From an uncultured Verrucomicrobiae bacterium (GTDB lineage: Bacteria > Verrucomicrobiota > Verrucomicrobiia > Chthoniobacterales > Chthoniobacteraceae): a stretch of 64,000 nucleotides of DNA. Shown here in pieces: positions 54,947 to 64,000 of this stretch. Under the pieces are notes generated by a model, which made no database searches, was not told the origin of the DNA, and saw nothing but the letters and a program-made list of their open reading frames with translations. The stretch spans positions 1,696,001 through 1,760,000 of the forward strand of contig CAWIKF010000002.1 of NCBI GenBank assembly GCA_963836755.1. Reading direction: 5' to 3'. Both the position numbers and the translations under genes were made by a program. Within the stretch, counting starts at the first letter, position 1, and every line of letters starts with the position of its first letter.

Positions 54947-56281
54947 TTTTTCGCGCCGCGGCTCATGGAAAGCGCGGCAACTTTTTCGCCCGCGCCAAGC
55001 GCAGTGCGCAGCGCGTCGAGTTCGCGATTGAACCGCGCGCGATCGTAAGGCGCGGGGATGGAAACATCCGCCAGCTCCGTAATGACGCGCGCGTGCTCGA
55101 GCAGCACCAGCTTGCGCCGCGCGTCATCGGTGGCCTGCGCGACTCGCGTGAGCAGGCCGATCATGCGCAGAAAAATCGTCACGTTGTTCGCAGCGCAGAG
55201 CCGGATTTCATCGAGCGCTCTCGCGACAAACTCCGCAAACGACGGCGCCGGCGCGATGATGCGCAGATGGCCGTTGTCTTTGCGATATGGCGATGCGATG
55301 CGCCGCTGCGCGAGCCGCACAAGAATCGCGCTGAGATAATCGAGGCACGAAACCGCAGTCGTCGTGTCATTCACGCCCGGCGAAAGCGCTTTTAACGCAA
55401 TGTCAACAATCTGCCGGATCCCAAAACCCGCGTCCTGATCGACTGTGCGAAAATTTCCGATGGCAAAAAGTGCGCCGAGATCTTTCGCAGCCTCGTCATC
55501 AACTTCGCGCGTGCTGGAAAAAATCGGCCGGCCTTCCATGACGAAATCGCCGACTTCGCAATCGAGCCGCAACACAGTTTTCTCCCGCTCGGCAAAACTC
55601 CAGAGCGCCTCGGAATCGATAGATTGAAGATACCCAGTTTCCGCCGCCGCGATTGGATGCCACGTTTGTTTTTCCACCGTTTCCGCCGCCGCGGATTCGT
55701 CTCCCACGGGCGCGCCGAGATCCTGCGGAAAAAGATTTTCAATCGCCGTGAAAGTCTCCGCAGTAATCGCGTCGAGAATGGACGAAGCCTGGATGGAAGC
55801 CGCGGTGTGATGGATGAAAAAAATCAAAAATCCGATGCCAATCAACGCGAGCAGGACGGCAAAAAATACCGCAGATCAACGGCACGAACCCGGCGCCGCC
55901 ACCGCCAATCGTCCGCAGCACGATCAGGCAATACGTGTAGATACCGACGAAGACGCCGAGCACTGATTGATTCGCGCGATCGCGCATGAAATTGCGCAGA
56001 ATGCGCGGCGTGTATTGCGTCGAGGCGAGCGAGAGCGTGACGATGGTGACGGAGAATGCGACACCAGCGACTGTGATCATCGAGCTCGCGATGGCCGTGA
56101 GCATGCCGCGCGCGCCGTCCGCGCCGGCATTGAGAAACGGCATCCAGCCGAGCGGTTTGATTTGGCCGACAAAAATGACGTCCAGTTTCACGAAACCGAG
56201 CGCGCAGCAGATCGCCGTGAGCACAAGAGCGGACGGCAAAAACCAAAGACTGGAGCGGATTTCGATCCAAAATTTTCGCAT
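54943..56281 (-). pseudogene. DUF2254-like membrane protein, frameshifted near 55873
   Basis: The N-half (SSLWFLP, LASTQYTPRILRNF) and C-half (DIALKALSPGVNDTTTA) are in different frames. Removing one base restores FVPLIAVFFAVLLALIGIG. Confidence 0.8.
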
Positions 56282-56393
56282 GGAGATTTTCCAAAGTGCC
56301 CGACGAATTTTGAAAATGCCAGCCCTCAGCCTGTCGCCGCGGTAGTAAACGATTATTAAAAATCGAAGATGTCCGCGCTTTTCTTCGGCGGCG

Positions 56394-56561
56394 TTACATC
56401 GGCCGGTTGTTGAGCAACCGGCACGTGGGGCACACGCTGTAGATCGGCTTCCCATGGGACCCGCGCCGCGAAGGCACGAAGCGAAATGTCCGCAGACAAA
56501 ACGCGCAGACGATGGGTGAACCGTTGGGGATTATTGGCCCGTATTTTTCTATCCGTCGCAT
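56394..56561 (-). CDS. Putative 55-aa zinc-ribbon microprotein
   Basis: Hand translation MRRIEKYGPIIPNGSPIVCAFCLRTFRFVPSRRGSHGKPIYSVCPTCRLLNNRPM*, with two CxxC pairs. Shorter than any ORF in the supplied track. Confidence 0.5.
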   Translation of the reverse strand: MRRIEKYGPIIPNGSPIVCAFCLRTFRFVPSRRGSHGKPIYSVCPTCRLLNNRPM

Positions 56562-56639
56562 CGGTTAATCAGACGGAGAAAGCGCGGGCTTTGTTCAAAA
56601 GTAGCTCGTGCCGCATGAAAAAATCGCGTCATGAATTCG

Positions 56640-57521
56640 TCAGGCAGCGGGACTTTTTTCAATGAGTTCCGCGGCAAGATTGATCGCGGCAATCATGCTT
56701 TCGGGCTGCGCCAGACCGCGTCCGGCAATTTCAAAAGCGGTGCCGTGGTCTGGACTCGTGCGGATGAAAGGAAGGCCGAGCGTGACGTTCACGCCGGTTT
56801 CAAAAGCGTGCAATTTCAGAGGGATCAAACCTTGATCGTGATACATGCAAAGCACGCCGTCCCATTCGCCTAGCACCGCGCGGCGGAAAAGCGTGTCGGG
56901 AGAAATCGGGCCGTCGAAATGCGCATCGCTTCGCTGTTTCAGCAGTGCGACTGCGGGCGCGATGATGTCGATTTCTTCGCTGCCGAGCGCTCCGGATTCG
57001 CCCGCATGCGGATTCAATCCGGCAACGGCGATGCGCGGCTTTTCGGGATTTCGCGTGCGCAAAAAATCAGCGAGTAAAAGTCCCACGCGAACAATTTCCG
57101 CTGCGGAAAGCATCTCCGGAACCAGCCGCAGCGGCACGTGCGCAGTGACGAGCGCGACCGTCATTGCGCCGCCCGTGAGCAGCATGGCAAAATTTTTGAC
57201 GCCACATCGCGTGGCGAAAAATTCGGTTTGGCCGGGAAACGCGAAGCCGGCCTGCTGCATGCGCGCCTTGTGGATCGGGCCGGTCACAACGCCGTCAATC
57301 TCTCCGGCGAGAGCGAGTCGCGCGGCCTCTTCCAATGCACGGTGCGCGGCTTGCGCCGTAGCGATCGTCGGCTCGCCTGGCTGGCAGGAAACCGTCTCGC
57401 CGATGAATCGATATTGAAAATCGGGCGAGATTTTTCCGGAGTCCATCGCAGCCCGTGCGATCTCCGGACCGATGCCGGCGGCATCGCCGAGCGTGATGCC
57501 GATGATGCCGGAGCGTTTCAT
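56640..57521 (-). CDS. pdxA: 4-hydroxythreonine-4-phosphate dehydrogenase
   Basis: GD.AGIGPE, GLNPHAGE, MYHDQGLIP and RTSPDHGTA motifs. Confidence 0.96.
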   Translation of the reverse strand: MKRSGIIGITLGDAAGIGPEIARAAMDSGKISPDFQYRFIGETVSCQPGEPTIATAQAAHRALEEAARLALAGEIDGVVTGPIHKARMQQAGFAFPGQTEFFATRCGVKNFAMLLTGGAMTVALVTAHVPLRLVPEMLSAAEIVRVGLLLADFLRTRNPEKPRIAVAGLNPHAGESGALGSEEIDIIAPAVALLKQRSDAHFDGPISPDTLFRRAVLGEWDGVLCMYHDQGLIPLKLHAFETGVNVTLGLPFIRTSPDHGTAFEIAGRGLAQPESMIAAINLAAELIEKSPAA

Positions 57522-57555
57522 ATCAAAGCCGAAGCGCCGCCGTCGCCGCGGCCGC

Positions 57556-58515
57556 TTAGAACATTTTGATATAAGCTTTCTGCCGCAGGCTCGCGATCCA
57601 CTTTTCCATTCGATTTTGCCGCTCGATTTGAAGGAGTTTATTTTCGATGTCGTCGTGCACCTCGGCTAATGATTTTGTGACCCCGTTTTTTTTCGATTCC
57701 ACGTAAAGGATGTAATAATTCCCGCCGAGCTCGACGACTTGGCTGACTTGACCGGGCTTCAGGCTGAAAGCAATCTTGCTCAGCGTCTCGTTCAAAGTTT
57801 TCCGATCGATCCAGCCCCAGTCGCCGCCGGCGTCCTTCGTCCCGTCCTCGGAATACATCTGCGCGAGATTTTCAAATGAGCCACCGGCCACGGCTTTCTG
57901 ACGGATTTCCTTCGCCATCTGCAAACCGTTTTCGCCATTTTTTTTCACGACGATCATGCGCAGTTTCACCTGATCGGGCGTCGAATATTCGACGACGTTT
58001 TTTCGGTAAAAATCCTCGATTTGCTGCGGCGGAATCATGATGTCGCTTTTGATCTGCTTCGAGCGCATGGCCTGCACGATGATCTTGTCCGTCTCGATCT
58101 GCTTGAACCGCTCCAGCGTGTATCCCTGCGCCTCGAGCGTGCGGACAAACGCGTTGCGGTCGCCGCCGAACTGCTCGCGAATGAGCGATTGGATGTGATC
58201 GTCGATCACGTAATCGGGAATCGAAAATTTGTTCTTTTTGAATTCCTGGATGATGAGCTGTTGGTCGACAAGTTCTTTCACCGCCGCGAGCCGCAGCTGC
58301 TTGATTTTTTCCACCAGCTCCTGGCCTTTGAATTGATCGTGCAATGCTTTTTCACGCGAGCCGACCATGTCGCGGATCTGGGAAAAAGTGATGACGTCAC
58401 CGTTGACGACCGCGGCGATTCCGTCGAGCACTTCCTCCTCAGCGCCCGCGCCCCGCGGAATGGCGCAGAGGGTGGAAATTGAAAGCAAACAGCAAATAAG
58501 AACGGAGCGAACCAT
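57556..58515 (-). CDS. surA: SurA-like chaperone / parvulin PPIase
   Basis: DGIAAVVNGDVIT and F..LA..YSED...GGD.GW motifs; located upstream of pdxA. Confidence 0.85.
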   Translation of the reverse strand: MVRSVLICCLLSISTLCAIPRGAGAEEEVLDGIAAVVNGDVITFSQIRDMVGSREKALHDQFKGQELVEKIKQLRLAAVKELVDQQLIIQEFKKNKFSIPDYVIDDHIQSLIREQFGGDRNAFVRTLEAQGYTLERFKQIETDKIIVQAMRSKQIKSDIMIPPQQIEDFYRKNVVEYSTPDQVKLRMIVVKKNGENGLQMAKEIRQKAVAGGSFENLAQMYSEDGTKDAGGDWGWIDRKTLNETLSKIAFSLKPGQVSQVVELGGNYYILYVESKKNGVTKSLAEVHDDIENKLLQIERQNRMEKWIASLRQKAYIKMF

Positions 58516-58610
58516 GGGTGGTCGGAGCAAAGAGGCGCAAATGTATGGAAGTCGATTTTGAAGTCAAGCGGCGATGCCGCGAGGAATTGGTGGTGCGGGC
58601 GTCGAAAAGT

Positions 58611-61600
58611 TTAGATCGAACGCACGAGCGCCAGCGTCTCCTGCAAACGTCCCACGGCATCGGGCGCGGTGAGCCGCGGAAACTTTCCCCCGATCAAAAT
58701 AAAGTCGCCGCCGCGCGTCAGCATCAACTTTGTCTCGCGCACTTCGACGCGCGAAATCCTCCGCGAAGCCGCCGCGAGCTTGATGGCGCTCAACGTGACC
58801 AAATTTTCTGCAGCCGCCGGCAGCAAACCGAAACGGTCGCGCCACGTCTTGCGCAGAGCGTCGAGTTGTTCCTGAGACGCGACCTCGGCGAGCTGGCGAT
58901 AAGCCTGGATGCGGATCTGCGGCTCCTGGATGAAATTTGTTGGCAAAAACGCCGGCGCTTCCAGCGATTCTTCATGACGACTTTTTGCCGCGAAAAAGTC
59001 CGCTTCATTCGTTGCCGCGCAATCGATCCGAAGGACGACTTCGACGCGTGGACGAACTTTTTCGCCTTTCAACTTGGCGACCGCTTGTTTCAACAACTGA
59101 CAATAGAGGTCGAACCCAATGGCGACGATATGTCCGCTCTGCGCGGTGCCGAGAATGTTTCCCGCGCCGCGAATTTCCAGGTCTCGCATCGCAATTTTAA
59201 AACCCGCGCCGAGCGAGGAATATTGCTTGATCGCGTTGATCCGCTTCCGCGCGGCGCCCACCGTCATCAGCTCGCGCGGCAGCATGAGATAAGCGTAGGC
59301 CTTGTGCATCGCGCGGCCGACGCGCCCGCGGAGTTGATATAAATCGGCGAGCCCAAAGCGATCCGCGCGATCAATGATGATCGTGTTCGCGTTTGGAATA
59401 TCGAGGCCGCTTTCGATAATCGTCGTCGAGACGAGCACGTCGCTTTCGGCATTTACAAACCGCTGCATCACCTGCTCGAGCTCGTCTTCCTCCATTTGCC
59501 CGTGGCCGATCTCAATCCGTGCCGATGGGCATAGATCCTTGATTCGCGCGGCGATCCGCTCGATCGATTGAACGCGGTTGTGTAAAAAATAAATTTGCCC
59601 CTGCCGTGAAAGTTCACGATTGATTGCGTCGCGAATGACGCGCTCGTCGTAACCGCAAATGATCGTTTCTGTCGGGATGCGGTTGGCCGGCGGTGTCTCG
59701 ATGATCGACATGTCTTTGGCGCCCATGAGCGAGAGATAAAGTGTGCGCGGAATCGGTGTGGCGCTGAGCGTGAGCACATCCACGAGCTGAAACATTTGTT
59801 TGAAACCTTCCTTGTGCGCGACACCGAAGCGCTGCTCCTCATCGACCACGACCAAGCCGAGATGTTTAAATTCCACATCCCTCGAGATGAGGCGGTGCGT
59901 TCCGATCACGATGTCGACGCCGCCCTCGCGCAATCTCGCCAGGACTTTGCGCTGCTCCGCGGCCGTGCGGAACCTGCTCAGCATCTCGATTTGAATCGGA
60001 TAATCGGACATCCGCTCTCGAAAATTTTGGCAATGCTGTTGCGCGAGCACTGTTGTCGGAACCAAGATGGCCACTTGTTTCCCGGCCATCACCGCCTTGA
60101 ATGCCGCGCGAATCGCCACTTCCGTTTTTCCAAAGCCGACGTCGCCGCAAATCAATCGATCCATCGGACGGTCGGATTCCATGTCGGCCTTCGTCGCGGC
60201 GATGGCCGAGAGCTGGTCTGGCGTTTCCTTGAAAACAAACGATTGTTCGAATTCGTGCTGCCACTTGTTGTCAGGCGGAAAAGCGAAGCCGACGCTGGTT
60301 TCGCGTTCCGCATGCACTGCCAGCAGCCGCGCCGCGTAATCGTAAATCGCCGTCTGCGCGGAGCTTTTCGCGCGCTCCCAGCGGCTGTCGGCAAGCGAGG
60401 AGAGCTGCGGCGTTTTTTTCCCAACGCCCACGTAGCGCGAGATGAGAAATGATTGCTCAAGCGGCACGTAAAGTTTCGCCTCGTCCGCAAATTCGAGCAC
60501 AAGCACCTCCTCGCTTTTGTCGCCCGTGGTAAAAGTTTGGAGCCCAAGATATCTGCCAATCCCGTGCTCGAAATGGACCACGTAATCGTCCTCATTCAGC
60601 TCGCTGAAATCGATCTGTGTGCGGTTCGCCTGCTCGCGCGCGCGGCGCAGCGAAAGCCGTCGCGCGCGGGTCGAGCGATAACGGCCAAACAGCTCGGCGT
60701 CAGTCAGGACAGCGGCTTTCGCTGCGGGGAACGTGAAGCCGCGGGCCAGGACGCCGATTGCCAGCGTGACGTGATTCTGCTCTTCCTCGGGAATCAATTC
60801 CTGCAGCCGTTCAACCTCGCCCTCATTGTTGCAGAAAATGAAAGTGCACCAATCCTCTGAACGCCATTCGCGCAGTTGTTTAAAAAAAAGCTGCCGCTTC
60901 GTTTGATCGACGACAAAGTCGCCCGCTTCGAACTCGCCGAGACCGTGATCAAAAAATGCAGCTGAGAAATCTTCTGAAGAGTCGCTCTCCAGCGCGGTCT
61001 CGATGATTCTTACGTCCGCGGCGTCATCGTTTTCTCCGAGGGCGACCAGCAAATCCTGCGCGAGCCGATAATCGCGCAGCGAACCTTCTGAACCGGTTGT
61101 CTGCGCGAGCAAAAAAGTGCACCCATCGAGCTGCGAGATCGACGTCTGCGCATCGAGGTCGAATTGGCGTAGCGATTCGATTTCATCATCGAAAAACTCG
61201 ACGCGCACGGGGCTCGAGTGTTGCCAGGAAAAAATGTCAAGAATGCCGCCACGCACGGCGAACTGACCACGTGAAGAAACCTGCGCAACCGGCTCGTAGC
61301 CTGCATCCGCGAGCTGCGCAATGAGTTTTTCTCGATCGATGCGCATCGAACGCTTCAGCTTCACCGCGAGATCTTTCAAGCCGGCAGGCGAGGGAACTTT
61401 GTCGTCAAGACTCGCACGCGTGAGCACGAGAATTTTTGACGCGCTTGAGCCATTCAACGTTTGCAAAACGTGCAGGCGCTCCGCAGAAATTTCTGGATCG
61501 GCAATCGCATTTTCACCGAGTGCGATTTCCATTTCCGGCAGGAAAAGCGCGTCAGGAAACCAGTTGAGCAACTCGTTATGCACCAGCTCCTGCTCGCGCA

Positions 61601-61793
61601 CATTTTCGCAGATCACCCACACGCGTCGCTTTGTCTTGTGTGCGATGACCGCCGCGAGAAAAGCGCGTGCCGGCGCGGTGACGTGTTCGAAAACTACTGG
61701 CCCGTTACTGCCAATTTTTACGAGTTGACGCGTAATGGGATCAGTCGTCGCGGCGCGGTCCAGCAGCTCGAACAAAGGCTTTGAACGACTCAT
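58611..61793 (-). CDS. mfd: Transcription-repair coupling factor
   Basis: [44 protein letters not shown] and QLRGRVGR motifs. Confidence 0.97.
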   Translation of the reverse strand: MSRSKPLFELLDRAATTDPITRQLVKIGSNGPVVFEHVTAPARAFLAAVIAHKTKRRVWVICENVREQELVHNELLNWFPDALFLPEMEIALGENAIADPEISAERLHVLQTLNGSSASKILVLTRASLDDKVPSPAGLKDLAVKLKRSMRIDREKLIAQLADAGYEPVAQVSSRGQFAVRGGILDIFSWQHSSPVRVEFFDDEIESLRQFDLDAQTSISQLDGCTFLLAQTTGSEGSLRDYRLAQDLLVALGENDDAADVRIIETALESDSSEDFSAAFFDHGLGEFEAGDFVVDQTKRQLFFKQLREWRSEDWCTFIFCNNEGEVERLQELIPEEEQNHVTLAIGVLARGFTFPAAKAAVLTDAELFGRYRSTRARRLSLRRAREQANRTQIDFSELNEDDYVVHFEHGIGRYLGLQTFTTGDKSEEVLVLEFADEAKLYVPLEQSFLISRYVGVGKKTPQLSSLADSRWERAKSSAQTAIYDYAARLLAVHAERETSVGFAFPPDNKWQHEFEQSFVFKETPDQLSAIAATKADMESDRPMDRLICGDVGFGKTEVAIRAAFKAVMAGKQVAILVPTTVLAQQHCQNFRERMSDYPIQIEMLSRFRTAAEQRKVLARLREGGVDIVIGTHRLISRDVEFKHLGLVVVDEEQRFGVAHKEGFKQMFQLVDVLTLSATPIPRTLYLSLMGAKDMSIIETPPANRIPTETIICGYDERVIRDAINRELSRQGQIYFLHNRVQSIERIAARIKDLCPSARIEIGHGQMEEDELEQVMQRFVNAESDVLVSTTIIESGLDIPNANTIIIDRADRFGLADLYQLRGRVGRAMHKAYAYLMLPRELMTVGAARKRINAIKQYSSLGAGFKIAMRDLEIRGAGNILGTAQSGHIVAIGFDLYCQLLKQAVAKLKGEKVRPRVEVVLRIDCAATNEADFFAAKSRHEESLEAPAFLPTNFIQEPQIRIQAYRQLAEVASQEQLDALRKTWRDRFGLLPAAAENLVTLSAIKLAAASRRISRVEVRETKLMLTRGGDFILIGGKFPRLTAPDAVGRLQETLALVRSI

Positions 61794-61833
61794 GCAAAAT
61801 GGCGTGCGCGGAAGCATTCATCGGCATGCGCGC

Positions 61834-62619
61834 TCATTTGAAGAAAGTTTCTTCGTAATCCGATCGCAACGCGAAAGCGACGCCGCCCAAATTCAGTTTC
61901 CGCTCTTCGAGAGTCGACGCGGGCATGATTCCAATCCAGCTGCTCGTCAAAAAAATCTCATGCGCTGCCTCAAGATCGTCACGAGAAATTTCGCATTCCG
62001 TGACATCGCGCTGCTGCAAGACCCATTCGCGCACGACGCCCGCGCGCGCCGCAGTTTTCAAAGATGGCGTCAAAATTCTTCCGTCACGAATGACAAATAC
62101 ATTTGCCATGCACGCTGAAATCAATTCGCCGGCCGCATTAAAAAGCAGCGTCTCATTTTTCTTCCGCTCGAGTCCCTCGCTCAATGCCGCGATGTTCGCC
62201 CAGTAATTTGCCGTTTTCAGCCCGTTAAACAAAGGCAGGTGCGGCGTTTCGAGAATTCCGAGAGCGTAACCATTTTGATAGTTTTCGGCGACGAGCGGAG
62301 GGCGCGGTTCGTGCAGAAGAAAGATCCGGCAATCGCTCGCGAAATCAACTGTGGAGCCATTTCCAGCGGTCACGTAGATGCGCGCAAACCCGTCATTTCG
62401 CAGCAGTGGCGCGCAGTTTTCCAGCGCCTCCTCATCCAGCCCGAAGCGCCGTTGCGCGCACGCAGAACGCAGTCGCGATAGGTGCTCTCGCAAAAAATGA
62501 GGCCTTCCGTTACGCACGAGAATGCTTTCAAAAATGGACATTCCGTAGCGAAATCCGCGGTCGCTGAGCGGCAGGGCATCGCACGAGGCGAACCCGTCTT
62601 TGGTCCAAGCCCAGTTCAC
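61834..62619 (-). CDS. Aminotransferase class IV (PabC/IlvE-like)
   Basis: DRGFRYG..FE, HL.RL, LKT.NY, NVF, GVVR and IFLTSS motifs. Confidence 0.88.
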   Translation of the reverse strand: MNWAWTKDGFASCDALPLSDRGFRYGMSIFESILVRNGRPHFLREHLSRLRSACAQRRFGLDEEALENCAPLLRNDGFARIYVTAGNGSTVDFASDCRIFLLHEPRPPLVAENYQNGYALGILETPHLPLFNGLKTANYWANIAALSEGLERKKNETLLFNAAGELISACMANVFVIRDGRILTPSLKTAARAGVVREWVLQQRDVTECEISRDDLEAAHEIFLTSSWIGIMPASTLEERKLNLGGVAFALRSDYEETFFK

Positions 62620-64000
62620 TTACTGGATGCTGAGCTCTTTGGTGATGCCGTAACGCTCCACGCGCTTCCGCAGTGTCGCCCGAGTGATGCCGAGCAACTT
62701 CGCGGCGCGGACCTGATTGCCGCGCGTCGTCTTCATCGCGTGCAGAGTGAATTCGCGCTCGAGCCACGGTAACAGTTCCACATTTGGATTAGCCTGCGCA
62801 GCACGCAACAGCACGGCGATCGCCGCATCGCTGCTTGACTCACCGCTCAGCGCACCGTCCGAATCCGTGGTTCCGCCCGCAGGTTCCGCAGACACATCGG
62901 AGTGGCCGAGCGGGATGTCTTTTGGGAGCAAAAGATCCGTGGTCGCGAGCACCGAGGCGCGCTGGATCGTGTTTTCGAGTTCACGCACATTTCCGGGCCA
63001 AAGGTAATTTTCGAGCACGCGGATGCCCTCCTCCGAAATTTTTACGCGCGGCAGATGTTTGCGCGTCGCGGTTTTCTGCAAAAAATATTCCGCGAGCAAG
63101 CGGATGTCCTCCACGCGCTGGCGGAGCGGTGGGAGCTGGATGCGGACGACATTCAGCCGGTAAAACAAATCTTCGCGGAACCGTTTCGCTGCGACTTCGG
63201 TTTCGAGATTTTTGTTTGTGGCAGCGATAATTCGCACATCCGACCGAAGCGATGCGTTGGCACCGATGCGCGAAAATTCACCCTCCTGCAAAACGCGCAA
63301 AATCTTGCCCTGAACAACCAACGGCATGTCGCCAATTTCGTCGAGGAAAAGCGTGCCGCCGTCGCTTTGCTCGAAGCGTCCGACGCGTTGCGCGATCGCG
63401 CCGGTGAAGGCACCTTTTTCATGACCAAAGAGCTCACTTTCGAGTAATTGATCAGGGATCGCAGCGCAATTAATAGCAACAAAGTTTTTACTGCTTCGCT
63501 GTGAATAATGATGGATGGCGCTGGCGACAAGCTCCTTGCCGGTTCCGCTTTCCCCCGTAATCATGACGGGGGCATCGGAATGTGAGACGCGTCCGATCAT
63601 TTTGAAAACCTGCTGCATCGCAAGCGATTTTCCGACGATGCTGTCCTTGTGTTCCTCGACAGTGAGCTGCGGTTTGAAGGTCGTCGCCGCCCGCATTTCC
63701 TCCTGCGCCTTGAGCGCGGCATCGACGACCAATTTCAGATTAAATGGCAGCGATTCCTTCCGCAAAAAATCGAACGCGCCGAGTTTCATCGACTCGATGA
63801 CGTGCTGCGTCGTCCCCCACGCGCTGATGAGAATGACCATCGCATTTGGATCGCGCTGGCGAGCCTTTACAAGAAGCTCCATCCCGCTGAAGGGCTGGAG
63901 ATGCGTCTCGGTAATGAGCAGGTCGGGATTTTCGCCCGTAAAAATCCGCAGGCCGGCTTCGGCATTGGTGGCCGTGAGGACGCGCGTGGAGGGCGTCTCG
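62620..64000 (-). CDS. Sigma-54-dependent response regulator (NtrC family; 5' end outside the window)
   Basis: Receiver domain, GESGTGKE, GAFTGA, LFLDEIG, FREDLFYRL, WPGNVREL and a Fis-type HTH. The frame stays open to the window edge. Confidence 0.95.
   Translation of the reverse strand, partial: ETPSTRVLTATNAEAGLRIFTGENPDLLITETHLQPFSGMELLVKARQRDPNAMVILISAWGTTQHVIESMKLGAFDFLRKESLPFNLKLVVDAALKAQEEMRAATTFKPQLTVEEHKDSIVGKSLAMQQVFKMIGRVSHSDAPVMITGESGTGKELVASAIHHYSQRSSKNFVAINCAAIPDQLLESELFGHEKGAFTGAIAQRVGRFEQSDGGTLFLDEIGDMPLVVQGKILRVLQEGEFSRIGANASLRSDVRIIAATNKNLETEVAAKRFREDLFYRLNVVRIQLPPLRQRVEDIRLLAEYFLQKTATRKHLPRVKISEEGIRVLENYLWPGNVRELENTIQRASVLATTDLLLPKDIPLGHSDVSAEPAGGTTDSDGALSGESSSDAAIAVLLRAAQANPNVELLPWLEREFTLHAMKTTRGNQVRAAKLLGITRATLRKRVERYGITKELSIQ

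Noticed and set aside
56290..56630. Riboswitch or ncRNA upstream of the DUF2254-like gene (hairpin GCCGGTTG-TTGAG-CAACCGGC at 56402-56422)
   Set aside because: No recognisable riboswitch consensus; the small CxxC ORF explains the interval better.
1..64000. tRNA, rRNA, transposase, integrase, reverse transcriptase or prophage genes
   Set aside because: None were recognised by eye or in the ORF track. A covariance-model or HMM scan would be needed to exclude small or divergent ones.

Overview
GC-rich bacterial chromosomal window. The gene style suggests Verrucomicrobia (Chthoniobacterales/Spartobacteria-like), but this is an inference. The backbone is housekeeping: hrpB, gpsA-plsY-polX, purS/Q/L, hemL, queA-mnmA, cca, nfo, aguA/aguB, pdxA-surA-mfd and an NtrC-type regulator. 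It also holds a four-gene glycoside hydrolase cluster and an EmrAB-type efflux pair. I saw no rRNA, tRNA, CRISPR array, transposase or integrase. The main unexplained signal is a module that recurs four times (about 2.8-3.9, 11.7-12.8, 21.6-22.65 and 31.9-32.3 kb). Each copy is a degenerate tandem array with a 21-bp period (42 bp in one copy), followed about 60-135 bp downstream by a gene for an uncharacterised 230-256 aa helical protein with a Pro/Thr-rich end; the fourth copy is truncated. One copy separates emrA from emrB, and three copies are followed by cassette-like or toxin-antitoxin debris. Smaller observations: an orphan integron-cassette-like gene, a sigma-54 promoter before a 41-codon ORF, a 55-aa CxxC...CxxC microprotein, an Asp-to-Glu receiver domain, and single-base frameshifts in mnmA and a DUF2254-like gene.
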